A DNA stretch of 64,000 nt from Chloropicon primus. Lineage: Eukaryota. Shown here in pieces: positions 1-11,167 of this stretch; the first letter of the stretch is position 1, and each line of letters begins with the position of its first letter. The stretch spans positions 248,001 to 312,000 of the forward strand of contig CP060761.1 of the NCBI GenBank assembly GCA_023205875.1, read 5' to 3'. The notes beneath the pieces are model-generated. The model had not been told where the DNA came from and ran no database searches. It saw nothing but the letters and a program-made list of their open reading frames with translations. The position numbers were made by a program, and so were the translations under genes.

Positions 1-526
1 CCTTCTCCTGCTGCTCAGGCGGGGCCGCGTCTCCCCCCCCCGGAGCCTTCTCCGCCCCCGCGTCCTCCGGCTCTCCGGCGTCCGCGGTCGTCGCCGCGGC
101 CGTCTGCGGCTGCTCCGCGGTCGTCGCCCCAACCAACTCCCCCCTCTCCTGGTGGGCGGGGTCCTCGTGAGCCTCGTCCTCGGCTTGCAGAAGCACCTGC
201 TTCACCTCGTCCGTGCCGTGCACGAGGGTGTCCTCCTCCTCCGTCGCAGCCTCCGCCCCCCCAGCCTCCGTCGCCACCGGAGGCAAAGCCACCTCCACCT
301 GGTCCACCTTCGGACTCACAACCTCGTCCTCATTCCCCGCCCCGACGCTCGTCGTCGACGCGCCAACGTCCTCCCCCTCCCCCTCCTCCCTCTCCCCCTC
401 CACGCCACCCCCGCCGCTCTGAAGTGCAAGCGGAAGGGTCTGGCTGCTCACCTCGCTCGCCTCCTCGCTCGTCACCTCGAACCCCACAACCTTCACGGTC
501 GGCGTCTTCAGATCCGCGTCCTCCAT
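1..526 (-). CDS. 5' part of an acidic, low-complexity hypothetical protein, running off the window start
   Basis: ATG at 526-524 opens MEDADLKTPTVKVVGFEVTSEE..., open to position 1 with GC3-rich codons. No family recognised. Confidence 0.6.
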   Translation of the reverse strand, partial: MEDADLKTPTVKVVGFEVTSEEASEVSSQTLPLALQSGGGGVEGEREEGEGEDVGASTTSVGAGNEDEVVSPKVDQVEVALPPVATEAGGAEAATEEEDTLVHGTDEVKQVLLQAEDEAHEDPAHQERGELVGATTAEQPQTAAATTADAGEPEDAGAEKAPGGGDAAPPEQQEK

Positions 527-1141
527 CACGACACGGCACGTCACGACACGACACGACACGACACGACGCCTCACGCCGCTTCGCTCTCCTCCTCTCCTCC
601 TCTCCTCTCCGCCAGGGTCAAGCAAGCGCTAGAGCTTCTTCCCCGTCAGTCGTGTTGTTGTTGATGACGATGAACGATGCTGGTGCTGCGGAGGATGCCG
701 GACGCCAATCCTCTCGAGGGAGGGCTCTTTCGAAAGAGGAAGGAGAGACGGTTCCGACGGTGTCCCCCCTCCCCGCTCCCCCTCCTCGACGCTCCCCCTC
801 GGCACGGGAACTCACCTTTCCGATCGCGCGATGATCGATCGCGCGCTCCTCTTGCTTTTGAGAGAGAGAGAGAAAGCCGCCAAATCGATCGCGTGATCGA
901 TCGAGGAAGAGGAAGAGGAAGAGGGAGCGATCGGGAGCGATCGCGCGCGAGGGACGGCGGCGAGGGTGCGATCGCACGATCGCCATCGAAGCGTCTCATC
1001 TTTCTCTTTCGAAAGAGCCGTCGCGATGGTGGTCGTGACGTGATTCGATTCTCCAGCAGGTCCTGGATTGATTGTTTGATTGATTGATTGATTGTTTGAT
1101 TGATTGATTGATTGATCAGGAGTGGTGTCGAGCACGTGGTG

Positions 1142-2284
1142 ATGGAGCACGGTGACGAGGCGGTGGTGAGGCTGACGGTGACGAACGCGTGGTCCCTCGC
1201 CGGGGTCCTCCACGCGCTGAAGACGTCCGCGGCGCAGTCGACTGGAGCGTCGTCCGGAAGCGGCGCAGGCCAAGCGAGGCGGGGCGGGGGTGCGAGCCAG
1301 CACGCGAGGGGCGGGGGGACGCGGGTGGTGTGCTCGGTGTGCCTGAGCTCGGAGGGGGCGCACATCCAGTGGGACGACGAGACGAAGAGCTTGCAGAGCC
1401 AGATCATGGTGAGGAAGGACTCCTTCTCGGACATTTACGTCCACCACACGGTGGAGGACAGGAGGGTGAAGTTCGGGGTGGGCCTGGGGCAGCTCGCGGA
1501 CACGCTCTCCCTCTTCGAGTCCGAGCTCGGGTCGTCGGAGGGGCTGGTGGTGAGCTACAACCCGAGCGACGAGAAGCAGCTGCAGATCGAGACGAGGTCC
1601 GTGGTTTCCCTGGACGACGTCGTCGTCGCGGAGGAGGGGGGCAGGGGGCGGCAGCAGCAGCGGGGGTCCTCCGCCCCGGAGGACGTGGAGGTGAACACCT
1701 ACGCGAAGATCGCCGTGCAGTCCGACCCCCCGGCGTACGTGGACTGGCTCGACGCCTGGGAGGGCCCCGACACCTCGTTCCACGTGCCGTCCCGCCTGCT
1801 GCGGGAGGCGGTGGAGGACCTGGAGTGGCCGGGGGGGAGCGTGAGGCTGAGCGTGACGAGGTCGCCGCCCCAGGTCGAGTTCGTGTCCGCGGGGGCGGGG
1901 GCCCTCAGCGTGAAGCTGCCGGAGAGCGAGGTCAGCGGCCTGCACTGCAGCGCGGACCACGTCTGCCACGCGTACAGCTTCAGGAGCCTGAGGAAGACCC
2001 TCGGGGCCCAGAGCCCGCAGGGGGGGCTGCCGGGCCTGGCGGACGACGGGGACGCCCTCACCAAGGTCTCCGTGAGCGCCCAGGGGACCCTCAAGGTCAT
2101 GCACATGATCAGCTCCTCGTCCCGCGGGCACCGGGGCGGCGGCGACGACGACGGCGACGGAAGCGGAGGAGTCACCCTGTACGGCAACACCAGCTACTTC
2201 TCGGCGTCGGCGCCGGGGGGGGGAGGGAATTTGGGTCGGATGGGCATCGTCCAGTACGTCCTGCTGCCCCTGGCGGGAGCATAG
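1142..2284 (+). CDS. RAD1: Rad1/Rec1-like subunit of the 9-1-1 checkpoint clamp (PCNA fold)
   Basis: First ATG at 1142 within ORF 1112..2284. Segments LAGVLHALK, LSSEGAHIQWDDETKSLQSQIMV, FGVGLGQLADTLSLF, LLREAVEDLEW and TKVSVSAQGTLKVMHMI resemble plant Rad1. Confidence 0.75.
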   Translation: MEHGDEAVVRLTVTNAWSLAGVLHALKTSAAQSTGASSGSGAGQARRGGGASQHARGGGTRVVCSVCLSSEGAHIQWDDETKSLQSQIMVRKDSFSDIYVHHTVEDRRVKFGVGLGQLADTLSLFESELGSSEGLVVSYNPSDEKQLQIETRSVVSLDDVVVAEEGGRGRQQQRGSSAPEDVEVNTYAKIAVQSDPPAYVDWLDAWEGPDTSFHVPSRLLREAVEDLEWPGGSVRLSVTRSPPQVEFVSAGAGALSVKLPESEVSGLHCSADHVCHAYSFRSLRKTLGAQSPQGGLPGLADDGDALTKVSVSAQGTLKVMHMISSSSRGHRGGGDDDGDGSGGVTLYGNTSYFSASAPGGGGNLGRMGIVQYVLLPLAGA

Positions 2285-2617
2285 TATAGTGCCGGGAGGA
2301 GGAGGAGGACCTTAGGCAAAGGCTTGGATTATTGCACGATTGGGTGTCTGTCGCGGCGAGAGGAGTGCATAGGGGTGGTTTGTACTACTGTAGTTTGTTT
2401 GTAATGTAGGGTTTTAAGCAAGGAAGGATGGCCACCCGTGCTTGCACACAGCGGAGGGCTCTGGGTCCTCTCTCTCAAGCGGCCGTAGGGGCGGGCCTTG
2501 ATCAAAGGCAGGCCAACTGAGGATCTGCCCCCATTGGGCTCCGCTACAGGCTGCTGATCAACTGGAGAACAAACAAACAAGCAACAAGGTAAACAAGCAA
2601 CAAGGTAAAAAAAAAGT

Positions 2618-2740
2618 TGCCGCGACTGGGGGTCGAACCCAGGACGGTCTGCGAACCAAAGCAAGGCCAAAGCATTGGCGTAGTCTCTTACTCTTGGAGG
2701 TTTTGTAAGGCAGAAATGATAACCACTACATCATCGCGAC
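2618..2740 (-). tRNA. tRNA-Val(TAC) with a 50-nt intron at position 37/38 (intron 2703..2654)
   Basis: Minus strand reads GTCGCGA TG ATGTAGTGGTTATCAT T TCTGC CT TAC A [50 nt] C GCAGA CCGTC CTGGG TTCGACC CCCAG TCGCGGC A, followed by a T-run Pol III terminator. Acceptor, anticodon and T stems pair. Confidence 0.92.
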
Positions 2741-3059
2741 GGGGTCGAACCCGAGAGCTCTCGAGTCGAAACGCTGGGAAAAACTGATGGTTTCTCCTTT
2801 ATACACAGGTGATCGCGATCGATCGCGCGGCTGGGAGAGAGAGGGCGCGCGCAAAATCGAAACGAAATATCCACTTTGTGATCGCGATCGATCGCGCTGG
2901 GAGGGAGAGGAGGACACGGACAGCGCGCGCGCGCTCGCGGTGGAAAGGAGGAGAGTTTCGAGATTCGGCGGAAGCGTCTTCTTTTTCTCTTTCGGAAGAG
3001 CCGTCGCTCGAAGGAAACGGCGAGGATCTTCTTCTTCTTCTTGACTTGACTTGACGACG

Positions 3060-3890
3060 ATGGCGACGACGTTGGTGTTTGGTCCCTCTCTGGTGGCGAA
3101 GGCGGCGACGACGGTTGGCGTGTTCCTGGTCGCGCTCAGGAGGCACCGCGCGAGCCACCTCAAGCACAAAGCAACGACGACGACGACGAAAACGACGACG
3201 ACGAAGGATGATGTTGTTGTTGATGAGACTTCGACTTCGGCTTCGGCTTGTCCTCCCCTTCATCATCTCACTCCTCCTCCTCCTCAGGAGGAGGAGTACG
3301 TGCACCGGCCGCCGGTGCTCGCGGGACCGAGGCCCTGCATGGGGGACCTGTCGCTGACGGAGACGCTGGTGAACCTGCTGACGTGCGCGCCGTACTTTGG
3401 GATGGCGAGGAGCGTGCCGGTGGCCAAGGGGGTCGTGGGAGCGGTGTGGAACAGGGTGTTCTCCGTGTCGTGCAAGTTCACGGGGTTCTGCGCCCTGCTG
3501 TACCACCTGTCCAAGGGGAAGATCAGGCACTTCTTCAGGAGGCTGGACTACACGTCGGTGGCGCTCTCGGCGGTGAGCCTGACGCTAGCGAGGTCGGCCG
3601 AGGGGAGGCGCCCGGTGTTCCTCTGCGCCGTGTCCGCGGCGCTCGCGCCCTTCCAGCCCCTGCTGGTGGCCGGGGCGCACGTCCTCGGCACCGAGTTCAG
3701 CTTCCTTCGGAGGGCTCTCAAGGACCCCAACCTGAGGGACAGGCACTTTGTCCACACCTGCGCCGGGGTGACGGCCTTCGGGGCGTTCTACGGGGACGAC
3801 TGGTTCCCCCAGGTCCCCTACCTCCACGCCATCTGGCACGTGCTCTCGGCCTACGCCACAAGCACGACCTCGTGCCTGGTAGCCCCCTAG
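3060..3890 (+). CDS. CREST-superfamily-like membrane protein (ceramidase/PAQR/Per1-like), conserved in plants
   Basis: Hydrophobic ORF with LLYH, RRLDY and HAIWH motifs typical of the CREST His/Asp metal site. Confidence 0.65.
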   Translation: MATTLVFGPSLVAKAATTVGVFLVALRRHRASHLKHKATTTTTKTTTTKDDVVVDETSTSASACPPLHHLTPPPPQEEEYVHRPPVLAGPRPCMGDLSLTETLVNLLTCAPYFGMARSVPVAKGVVGAVWNRVFSVSCKFTGFCALLYHLSKGKIRHFFRRLDYTSVALSAVSLTLARSAEGRRPVFLCAVSAALAPFQPLLVAGAHVLGTEFSFLRRALKDPNLRDRHFVHTCAGVTAFGAFYGDDWFPQVPYLHAIWHVLSAYATSTTSCLVAP

Positions 3891-4102
3891 CAAGCGGCGA
3901 CGGGGGCTTGCTGCTTGGGACTCGTCTCCTTCTCTCCCTTTCTTCTCTATTATTATTTTTTTGATCGCGCGCTGGCTGTCGACGTGAGGTGTGGACTATA
4001 ATAGTTCTGTACATTATTAAAAAAAAAAGAAAGGAAAGAGAGCGTCCACAAGTTAAAACCACGTTCCCGGACGCCCCCCCCGCTTACTGTGCTCAACCAC
4101 CG

Positions 4103-6145
4103 TCATATGCTCATGGCGCCCGACTTGTTGTTCTCCTTCTCCTTCGAATCCTTCCCCTCCTGCTTCTTCAGGGGCGGGAGCTTGAACATCTTCCTGATCT
4201 GGTCCCCGGTCAGCGTCTCGTGCTTCAGCAGGCTCTCCGCGAGGCTGTGGAGGTCCTTCTCGTGCTTCTTGATGAGGACCTTGGCCCTCTGGTACGCGGC
4301 GTCCACCAGGACTCTGGTCTCGTCCTCGATCAGCTGCCTGGTCTCCGAGGAGATGACCAGGCCGTTCTCGTCGTAGTCGTGGGCCACGTTCCCGACCTTC
4401 TCCGACATGCCGTACTTGGTGACCATGTCCCTGGCCAGCCTGGTCGCGTGCTGCAGGTCGCTGCTCGCCCCGGTCGTCACCTCCTGCTCGCCGAATATGA
4501 GCTCCTCGGCGACCCTGCCGCCCATGGCAACGTCCAGCCTGGCGAGGAGCTGCTTCCTGGAGATGGACGTCTGGTCCTTCTCCGGCAGCTGCATCACCAT
4601 GCCGAGGGCCTGCCCTCTCGGCACGATCGTCGCCTTGTGCACCGGGTTGGCCCCGGCGGTGTAGAGGGCGACCAGGGCGTGCCCCCCCTCGTGGTACGCC
4701 GTCAGCCTCCTGTTCTCCTCCGAGATGACCGCGCTCTTCCTCTCCGTTCCCATCATGATCCGGTCCTTGGCGTACTCGAGGGCGGACATGGTCACGGCGG
4801 TGGCCTGGTCCACCGCGGCCTTCAAGGCGGCGATGTTCACCAAGTTCGCCAGGTCCGCCCCGGAGAACCCCGGGCTCCCCCTCGCTATGATGGAGAGGTC
4901 CACGTCCTCGGAGCGAGGGATGTTCTTGAAGTGGGACTCGAGGATCTGCCTCCTGCCCTCCACGTCCGGGTTGGGGACGACGACGTGCCTGTCGAACCTC
5001 CCCGGCCTCGTCAGGGCCTTGTCCAGGCTCTCGGGAAAGTTGGTCGCCCCGACGACGATCACGCCCTGGTTCTGCTTGAACCCGTCCATCTCCACGAGGA
5101 GCTGGTTCAGGGTCATCTTCATGTACTGCTGGTCCTTGGGCGATCTCTTGCCGCCCACCGCGTCGATCTCGTCGATGAAGATGATGCAAGGCGAGTGCTT
5201 CTTCGCCGTGTTAAAGAGGTCCCTGATCCTGCGGGCTCCCACCCCAACGAACATCTCCTCGAACTCGGACCCCGCGGCGTAGAAGAAGGGAACCTTGGCC
5301 TCCCCCGCGATCGCTCGGGCGAGCATCGTTTTGCCCGTCCCCGGAGGCCCCACGAGAAGCACGCCCTTGGGCAGCTTCCCGCCCAGTCGGGTGAACTTCT
5401 CCGGCCCCTTCAGGTACTCCACGATCTCCACCAGCTCTCCCTTGGCCTCGTCCACGCCCTTCACGTCCTCGAACTTGGTGTCGGACTCCAGGACTGGCCT
5501 CACCTCGCTGTTTCCCGACATGAGCCGCGACGGCATGCCCTTGTCCTCCATGAGGGCCCCGATCCCTGATATCACGATGAAGGCCAAGCCCAAGGATCTC
5601 ACGCTCCTCCAGAACTGCGCCTTGAACGAGGGCTCCGCCTGAGTGACGTGCACCGGCGAGGACGGCGAGCCCAAGTCCCCTCCCTTGCCGCTCAGCACGC
5701 CTCCCACCGCGGACGCCTGAGACGGCACGTTATGCCCTTGGCCGAAGCTTGGTCCAACTTGTTGCTGCGGCAGGTGATGCGTCTGCGTCTGCGTCTGCGC
5801 GCTGAGCCCGGCCTGAAGGGTCTTGAAGAGGGCGGACCTGTCCAGCCTGTCCACCGCGGCCAGAGCCTTGACGTACTCCTTCACGGCCTCCTCCGTGAAC
5901 CCATACGATCCGCTCTCGAAGCTTCGTATCACTCCCTCCGGGTCGCCACGTCGATTCAGTTCGCGCAAATGCGACGAGGACGACGACGAGGACGACGTCC
6001 CTCCGGCGTAAAACTTTCGGACGTGAAGTTGAAGCGTTCCTCCTCCTCCTCGTTTCCCTCGTTGGGCGGCTTCCCACCTCCGCGCCCCTTGTCGCAGGAG
6101 GTTTGAAGCCGCTAGCACCCACAGCACCCTTGCCCTTGTCGCCAT
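4103..6145 (-). CDS. FTSH4: Mitochondrial i-AAA FtsH protease (FtsH4/YME1-like)
   Basis: Walker A GPPGTGKT, Walker [20 protein letters not shown], zinc motif HEGGH. Probable start MATRARV at 6145. Confidence 0.93.
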   Translation of the reverse strand: MATRARVLWVLAASNLLRQGARRWEAAQRGKRGGGGTLQLHVRKFYAGGTSSSSSSSSHLRELNRRGDPEGVIRSFESGSYGFTEEAVKEYVKALAAVDRLDRSALFKTLQAGLSAQTQTQTHHLPQQQVGPSFGQGHNVPSQASAVGGVLSGKGGDLGSPSSPVHVTQAEPSFKAQFWRSVRSLGLAFIVISGIGALMEDKGMPSRLMSGNSEVRPVLESDTKFEDVKGVDEAKGELVEIVEYLKGPEKFTRLGGKLPKGVLLVGPPGTGKTMLARAIAGEAKVPFFYAAGSEFEEMFVGVGARRIRDLFNTAKKHSPCIIFIDEIDAVGGKRSPKDQQYMKMTLNQLLVEMDGFKQNQGVIVVGATNFPESLDKALTRPGRFDRHVVVPNPDVEGRRQILESHFKNIPRSEDVDLSIIARGSPGFSGADLANLVNIAALKAAVDQATAVTMSALEYAKDRIMMGTERKSAVISEENRRLTAYHEGGHALVALYTAGANPVHKATIVPRGQALGMVMQLPEKDQTSISRKQLLARLDVAMGGRVAEELIFGEQEVTTGASSDLQHATRLARDMVTKYGMSEKVGNVAHDYDENGLVISSETRQLIEDETRVLVDAAYQRAKVLIKKHEKDLHSLAESLLKHETLTGDQIRKMFKLPPLKKQEGKDSKEKENNKSGAMSI

Positions 6146-6672
6146 CCTCCCTTCTCCTCTCCTCCACGAGCGAGCGAGCGAAATCGAAATATCTGAAGAG
6201 GAGGCCTCAGGGGAAGGAAGGAGGGGGACAGAGGAGGAAGGAGGATGGAAAGACGACCAGAGAGAGAGAGAGAGAAAGAAAGAGATCCTCTCCTCTCTTC
6301 TTCTCTTTCTCCTCTTTCTTTCTTCGCTTTCTTTCTTCGCTTTCTTTCTTCGCTTTCTTCGCTTTCCAAGGAGCTCCCGAAGGAAGGACATGAAGGTGTA
6401 CGACGACGAGGAGGAGGAGGAGGAGGAGGAGGAGGGAGCCTTGATCGGGGGAAGGAAGGATGGGGGACAAGGAGAGGACTTTCCTCTCCTCCTCTTTCTT
6501 TTTCCTTTCTTCTCTTGTCCAAGGAGCTCCCGAAGGACATGGACATGGACCTTTGGTTTTGGTGTAGCCGGACTTGCCGACCATTCGGCAAAGGCTTCGA
6601 CCACGATTCGATAGAAACATGAAATCAAAGAACCAACTATAGAAACCCGTGAGCCGTCGTTCGAAAAGAAAG

Positions 6673-6712
<40 letters not shown>

Positions 6713-7110
6713 TTGGTTGTGAAATTGACGTCTTTGTTTAGGACCTCATCATCATCCAATAACTTGGTGTGTGGTCCTGCGGCGAACCGTCCAGGTCCGT
6801 CTGTCGAAAGGACAAGCGTCTGTGCAGACCTTTACCTTCCTTACGGCACGCAACACCCAGGAGCTCCTGTGTGCGCCGTGTGTGTGTTGCATTTAAAACC
6901 TTTACCTTCTGCCTAAGGACAGGACGCTTCCTAAGACAAGCTCGTTCTTGGTTCCACGTTCGTTTGCGCCGCTTCTTGACATCTCTTCCTGCTCACATGG
7001 AGCAACTCAATTGCTGAAAAGGTTTGGTTTGGTTTGGTTTTGAGTTGCAGTTTGTGTGTTTGTGCGGTGCTTTGTGTTCGTAAAAGTCACAGTCCAACAC
7101 TTTAGGAAAG

Positions 7111-9047
7111 ATGATGATAGGAAAGGGCATTATCAAGGTAAGCCACGCCAGAACCGCCTCCACACGGACACAGACGGACTGACAGCAGTGTGTGGTGCAT
7201 TCCTCTCCTCTGTTCTGCCTCTTCTTCTTCTTCTTCTTCTTCTCTCTGTCTCTCTCTCTCTGTCTGTCTCTCCTCGACAGGATTTGAGAGCGCGTAGCGG
7301 GCACTACCTGTCCGATTGGACGGGGGAGGCATCCAAGGGAAAGCAGGCCTTGACCAGGATAGCGGCGGCTTCCGTGTACATATTCTTCGCCTCTGCTGTG
7401 CCTGCCATTGCTTTTGGCCAGCAGCTGAAGAAATACACCAAAGATGAGATGGGCATCGTGCACACTCTGGCCGCGACTGGCATCACCGGGTGCATGCAGG
7501 CGGTGCTGGGGGGCCAGCCCTTGCTCATTGTCGGGGTTGCGGAGCCCATAGTGATCATTTATCACTTTCTGTACGAGTACGCCAAGGACAACAGCATACC
7601 TTTCGTCCCCTGGAGCGGCTGGGTGTGCGTGTGGGCCAGCATCACCCTGTTCATCCTGGCCTTGGGAAACGCGGCCAACTTCATCGAGAAGTTCACGCGG
7701 TTCAGCGGAGAAATCTTTGGACTCATCATCGCGGTCCTGTTCCTCCAGCAGTCCATCAAGGGCCTCGTGGACGAGTTCGACTACGACAAAGTCTCCGGGT
7801 CCTGGGCCACGCTGAATGGTGTGTTCGGCCTCCTCCTGGCGTTCGTTTACATTTACCTGAGCACGATGATGTCTGGAGCGAGGAAGTGGAGGATAGGAAA
7901 CTCGGCCATCCGAGCGATTCTCGCTGACTATGGCTCCGCCATCATGATCGTAGTCGTCTCCGCGCTCTCCTTCTGCCTCAAGGGCAACGGGGACGTCCCC
8001 CAGAGGATGAAGGTCCTCGCGCCGACGAAGAGCTCCTGGCTCAAGCACGGCATCTACGTGGCTGATGACATGGCGGACATCGCGACTGGGGACATCCTCG
8101 CCGCCATCATTCCCGGCATCGTCATCGCGGTGCTGTTCTACTTTGACCATAGCGTCAGCAGCATGCTTGCCCAGCAGCACGAGTTCAAAGTGAAGAAGCC
8201 GTCTGCTTACCACTACGACTTGCTCCTGATCTCGGCGATGACGATGATCTGCGGCATGCTTGGGTTGCCCCCGGTGAACGGAGTCTTGCCCCAGGCCCCG
8301 CTGCACACGCGGTCCTTGTGCTCCAAGCTGAAGAAGGAGAAGAAGGGCAAAGACGCTGAGAGCGGGGAGGTGACCAGCGAGTCCGACGAGGGGTCGTTGG
8401 TCTGCCACGAGACGAGGATAAGCAACCTGGTGCAGTCGTGCATGTGCTTGCTTTGCATGTTGATCGGCTATGAATTTTTGAACAACGTGCCAACGAGCAT
8501 CATTTGGGCCTTCTTTACCTTCATGAGTCTCGAGTCCTTGCCAGGCAACCAACTCTTCGACAGGGTGCAGATCGTAATCTCGGACAAGAAGAGGAGGAAG
8601 CAGTTCCTCAACACCCACCACGCCCTGTACCTCGAGAGCGTGCGGTTTTCGAAGATCGTGCAGTTCACGGCCATTCAGGTCATCCTGCTGCTGGGCATCT
8701 GGGCGATCACCGTCTGGACCGGCCTGATCGGCATTAGCTTTCCCCTGTGGATCATGGCCCTCGTGCCCTTCAGGCTTTACGTGCTTCCAAAGTACTTTAC
8801 GGAGAGCGAGTTGAATGACTTGGACTCGAGCGAAGTGGAGGAGCTCCCCGCCGGAATCCACAACCCTGCCCTCGCCGGAAAGACCAACGGCAAGGAGTCC
8901 TTCCTGGCCGACGACTCCGATTCTGACTCCGCTCAGTCTGTGCTTGACGACGGCACCGAAAGTTATAGGACGATGGGCTTCAAGAAGACTCTGACGGAAG
9001 AAGAGATCAAGAAGAGGTTCTCGCAGGCCCAGGGAAACACGTTGTGA
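7111..9047 (+). CDS. BOR1: Boron transporter / SLC4 anion exchanger (BOR family); exons 7111-7137 and 7281-9047
   Basis: Spliced start MMIGKGIIK|DLRARSGHYLSDWT through a GTAAGC...CAG intron with a GACTGAC branch. Motifs YIFFASAVPAIAFG, GGQPLLIVGVAEP, FTRFSGEIFG, LFYFDH, NGVLPQAPLHT. Confidence 0.9.
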
Positions 9048-9104
9048 ATAGAATATAGTCGAACACCATATACTATGTATCATTTTTAGTATTACAATAT
9101 ATCA

Positions 9105-10475
9105 TCACTTCCCTTGAGACCTTGTCATCATGAAGTCGCTCAGCTCCTGGTGAGTCCCATCGAAGCTGAGGCAGGTGGCAAGCAGGGGCCATTTCGTTGG
9201 GGACGAGGAGGTCAGCGCTTTGTTCGACTTGGCGGCGAGCCACGTCTTCTCATTTGCCGTCATCATAACGAGCAGCAAGCTGGCCACGAGATCCTTCTCC
9301 CTTTCCGTTCCCTTGTCCAGCATCCCCACGAGGGGGGCCAAAACGTTGAATTCGATGGCCTTGTGCAGGGCCTCGGGCCTGTGGGTCCCCAGAGCCCCGA
9401 ACAGACCGGCTAGACTGACCTTCGGAGGGAGGGAGAAGTCCTCCACCCACTCGCTCAAGAGGGGGCTGCGAGTTGCCGCGGCGCTGCTCTTGGCGTCAAC
9501 CTCCTGCTTCAAAAGGCTCACCATCTCTTTCACCAGCTGTGGCGACCTGCCCAAGGACTCTGCGACCTTCTCGCTGAGGCCCATGCCACAGAGGCCGCTG
9601 AGGGCCTGAGCGGCCATGACTTTCTGGATGCCTGACCCCGACTTTAGCATCTTCACCAGCTTCTTCACGTCGGCGGCCTGGTAGGGCGCCAAAACGGAGT
9701 GAATGGTCTTGATGTCCATCTCTGCGACCTTCACCTCTCTCCTGATGGCTTCCGTCTGCTCCTTGTCCCCGCCCCCGCCGGACGACGTGAGCACCTCCAG
9801 CCTGCTCCTGGCAAGAGCCTGCTGGTGGACTGAGCCAAAGTTGGCGAGCTGGACGAGCTTCCAAAACTGCTTCCCCTTCACGGCCTCGCTCACCATCCTC
9901 TCGTCCTTCTTGCATATCGATCGTATGGCGTACTTTCCGAAGTTCAGCATCTTGTCCTTGTCCACCGACTCGATGAGAGACTCGGCGAGTTCAACCTCAT
10001 CCTCGTCGATGGCCCTCCACAGCTTGTCCGCCAGCCTCGACAAATTCTCCCCCCCGGCAGTCGCGGAGGAGAGCCGCCGCTCCAACTCCTCCAAATCCAA
10101 GTTCCCCTTCCCGTCAATGCAGTCGTTGACGAGCTTATCGAGCCAACTCAGCCAGCTCTCCAGCACGACGCCAGTCTCGGGCGCGCCCCGCCTCGACTGG
10201 TTTGCCCCGGCCGCGCCAGCAGCCACGACGCACGTCGCCGCAGCAATCGAGCACACCGCCAGCCCCAGCCCCCTCCCACCTCCCGAGCCACTCCACCCGT
10301 CGCCGCTGCCTCCGAGGCCTCGGCCTCGCCCTCGGCCTCCACCCTTCCCTCCCCCGCCGCCCTGCAACCCCACGCGAGAGAACCGAGTCTTCGCGCAAGC
10401 GCACGAGTGCCAAGCCCCCGGTCCTCGCACGCCACCTGCCGATGCAGACTTCGCCGCTGCCAGCTTCATCTTCAT
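9105..10475 (-). CDS. Probable organelle-targeted ARM/helical-repeat protein
   Basis: Transit-peptide-like Ala/Gly/Arg-rich N-terminus. ARM-like segments VKKLVKMLKSGSGIQKVMAAQALSGL and VLAPLVGMLDKGTEREKDLVASLL. Confidence 0.6.
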   Translation of the reverse strand: MKMKLAAAKSASAGGVRGPGAWHSCACAKTRFSRVGLQGGGGGKGGGRGRGRGLGGSGDGWSGSGGGRGLGLAVCSIAAATCVVAAGAAGANQSRRGAPETGVVLESWLSWLDKLVNDCIDGKGNLDLEELERRLSSATAGGENLSRLADKLWRAIDEDEVELAESLIESVDKDKMLNFGKYAIRSICKKDERMVSEAVKGKQFWKLVQLANFGSVHQQALARSRLEVLTSSGGGGDKEQTEAIRREVKVAEMDIKTIHSVLAPYQAADVKKLVKMLKSGSGIQKVMAAQALSGLCGMGLSEKVAESLGRSPQLVKEMVSLLKQEVDAKSSAAATRSPLLSEWVEDFSLPPKVSLAGLFGALGTHRPEALHKAIEFNVLAPLVGMLDKGTEREKDLVASLLLVMMTANEKTWLAAKSNKALTSSSPTKWPLLATCLSFDGTHQELSDFMMTRSQGK

Positions 10476-11167
10476 CTTCTCGATCCACTCGAGTGTCACT
10501 CCGTCACTGAAACACGTCGAGTGGCGGCTCTTTTGAAAGATAGCGAGAAGGAGTCGCCGCGCGTTTCTTGATCGTTCCCTTTTCCTCTCGTCCTCGGGCA
10601 CAGCGCCACCCTCCCCTCCCCTCTCCTCTCTGTCTCTCCTCTCTGTCTCTCCTTCTGTCGAGGTGATGAATCCCTTTTGGATGCCTCAATCCGACCAAAC
10701 TCGGGGTCGATCAAAAGCTCGTGAGACGATCCTTCGACCTGACGACACCAACCCAACCCAACCACGCCTCCTCGCCCGCCACTCCCCTGTTCTCCCTCCC
10801 TCTTTGTCTCTTCTCTGTCTCTCTCTCTTTTTTTCTCTGTCTTTTTTCGCGCCAGTTTTTTCGTTTCAGTTCCACGAGGCGGACGATCGGGAGAGGAGGC
10901 GAAGGAGGTGAGTTGGCGAGGAGTTTGACGACTGAGATGGAGGTCGACGAAAGAGAGAAGGACGTAGAACGAATCTACGTGATTGGACCTTTCGTGCGAC
11001 ACCTTCCTCGAAGCGAACGATGCCCTGGTGAGGATGGGAGAGACTGATGAGTTTTTTTTCTTTTTGGCATGGTCCCTCGTCCATGGGAAAGGGCATCAGC
11101 ATCGGCGAGAGAGAGGGTTTGAGTTAGAGTTTGGTTGCGGAGGAGAGGAAGGAACGAACGTGACACG

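Noticed and set aside
1066..1116. (GATT)n and many other CT, GA, CA, CTT and CAT microsatellites
   Set aside because: Ubiquitous simple repeats in spacers and introns, with no specific signal.
2460..2570. TPP riboswitch or SECIS element
   Set aside because: Only isolated words (CTGAG, CTGATC) are present, without the required order, spacing or GA quartet.
2618..2740. Functional link between tRNA-Val and ValRS in the same window
   Set aside because: They are 46 kb apart, and the synthetase is organellar-type while the tRNA is cytosolic.
3989..5569. Long antisense ORFs over FTSH4 (likewise over BOR, primase, PDS, CBF5, ATPC and ValRS)
   Set aside because: Expected shadows of GC3-rich coding strands.
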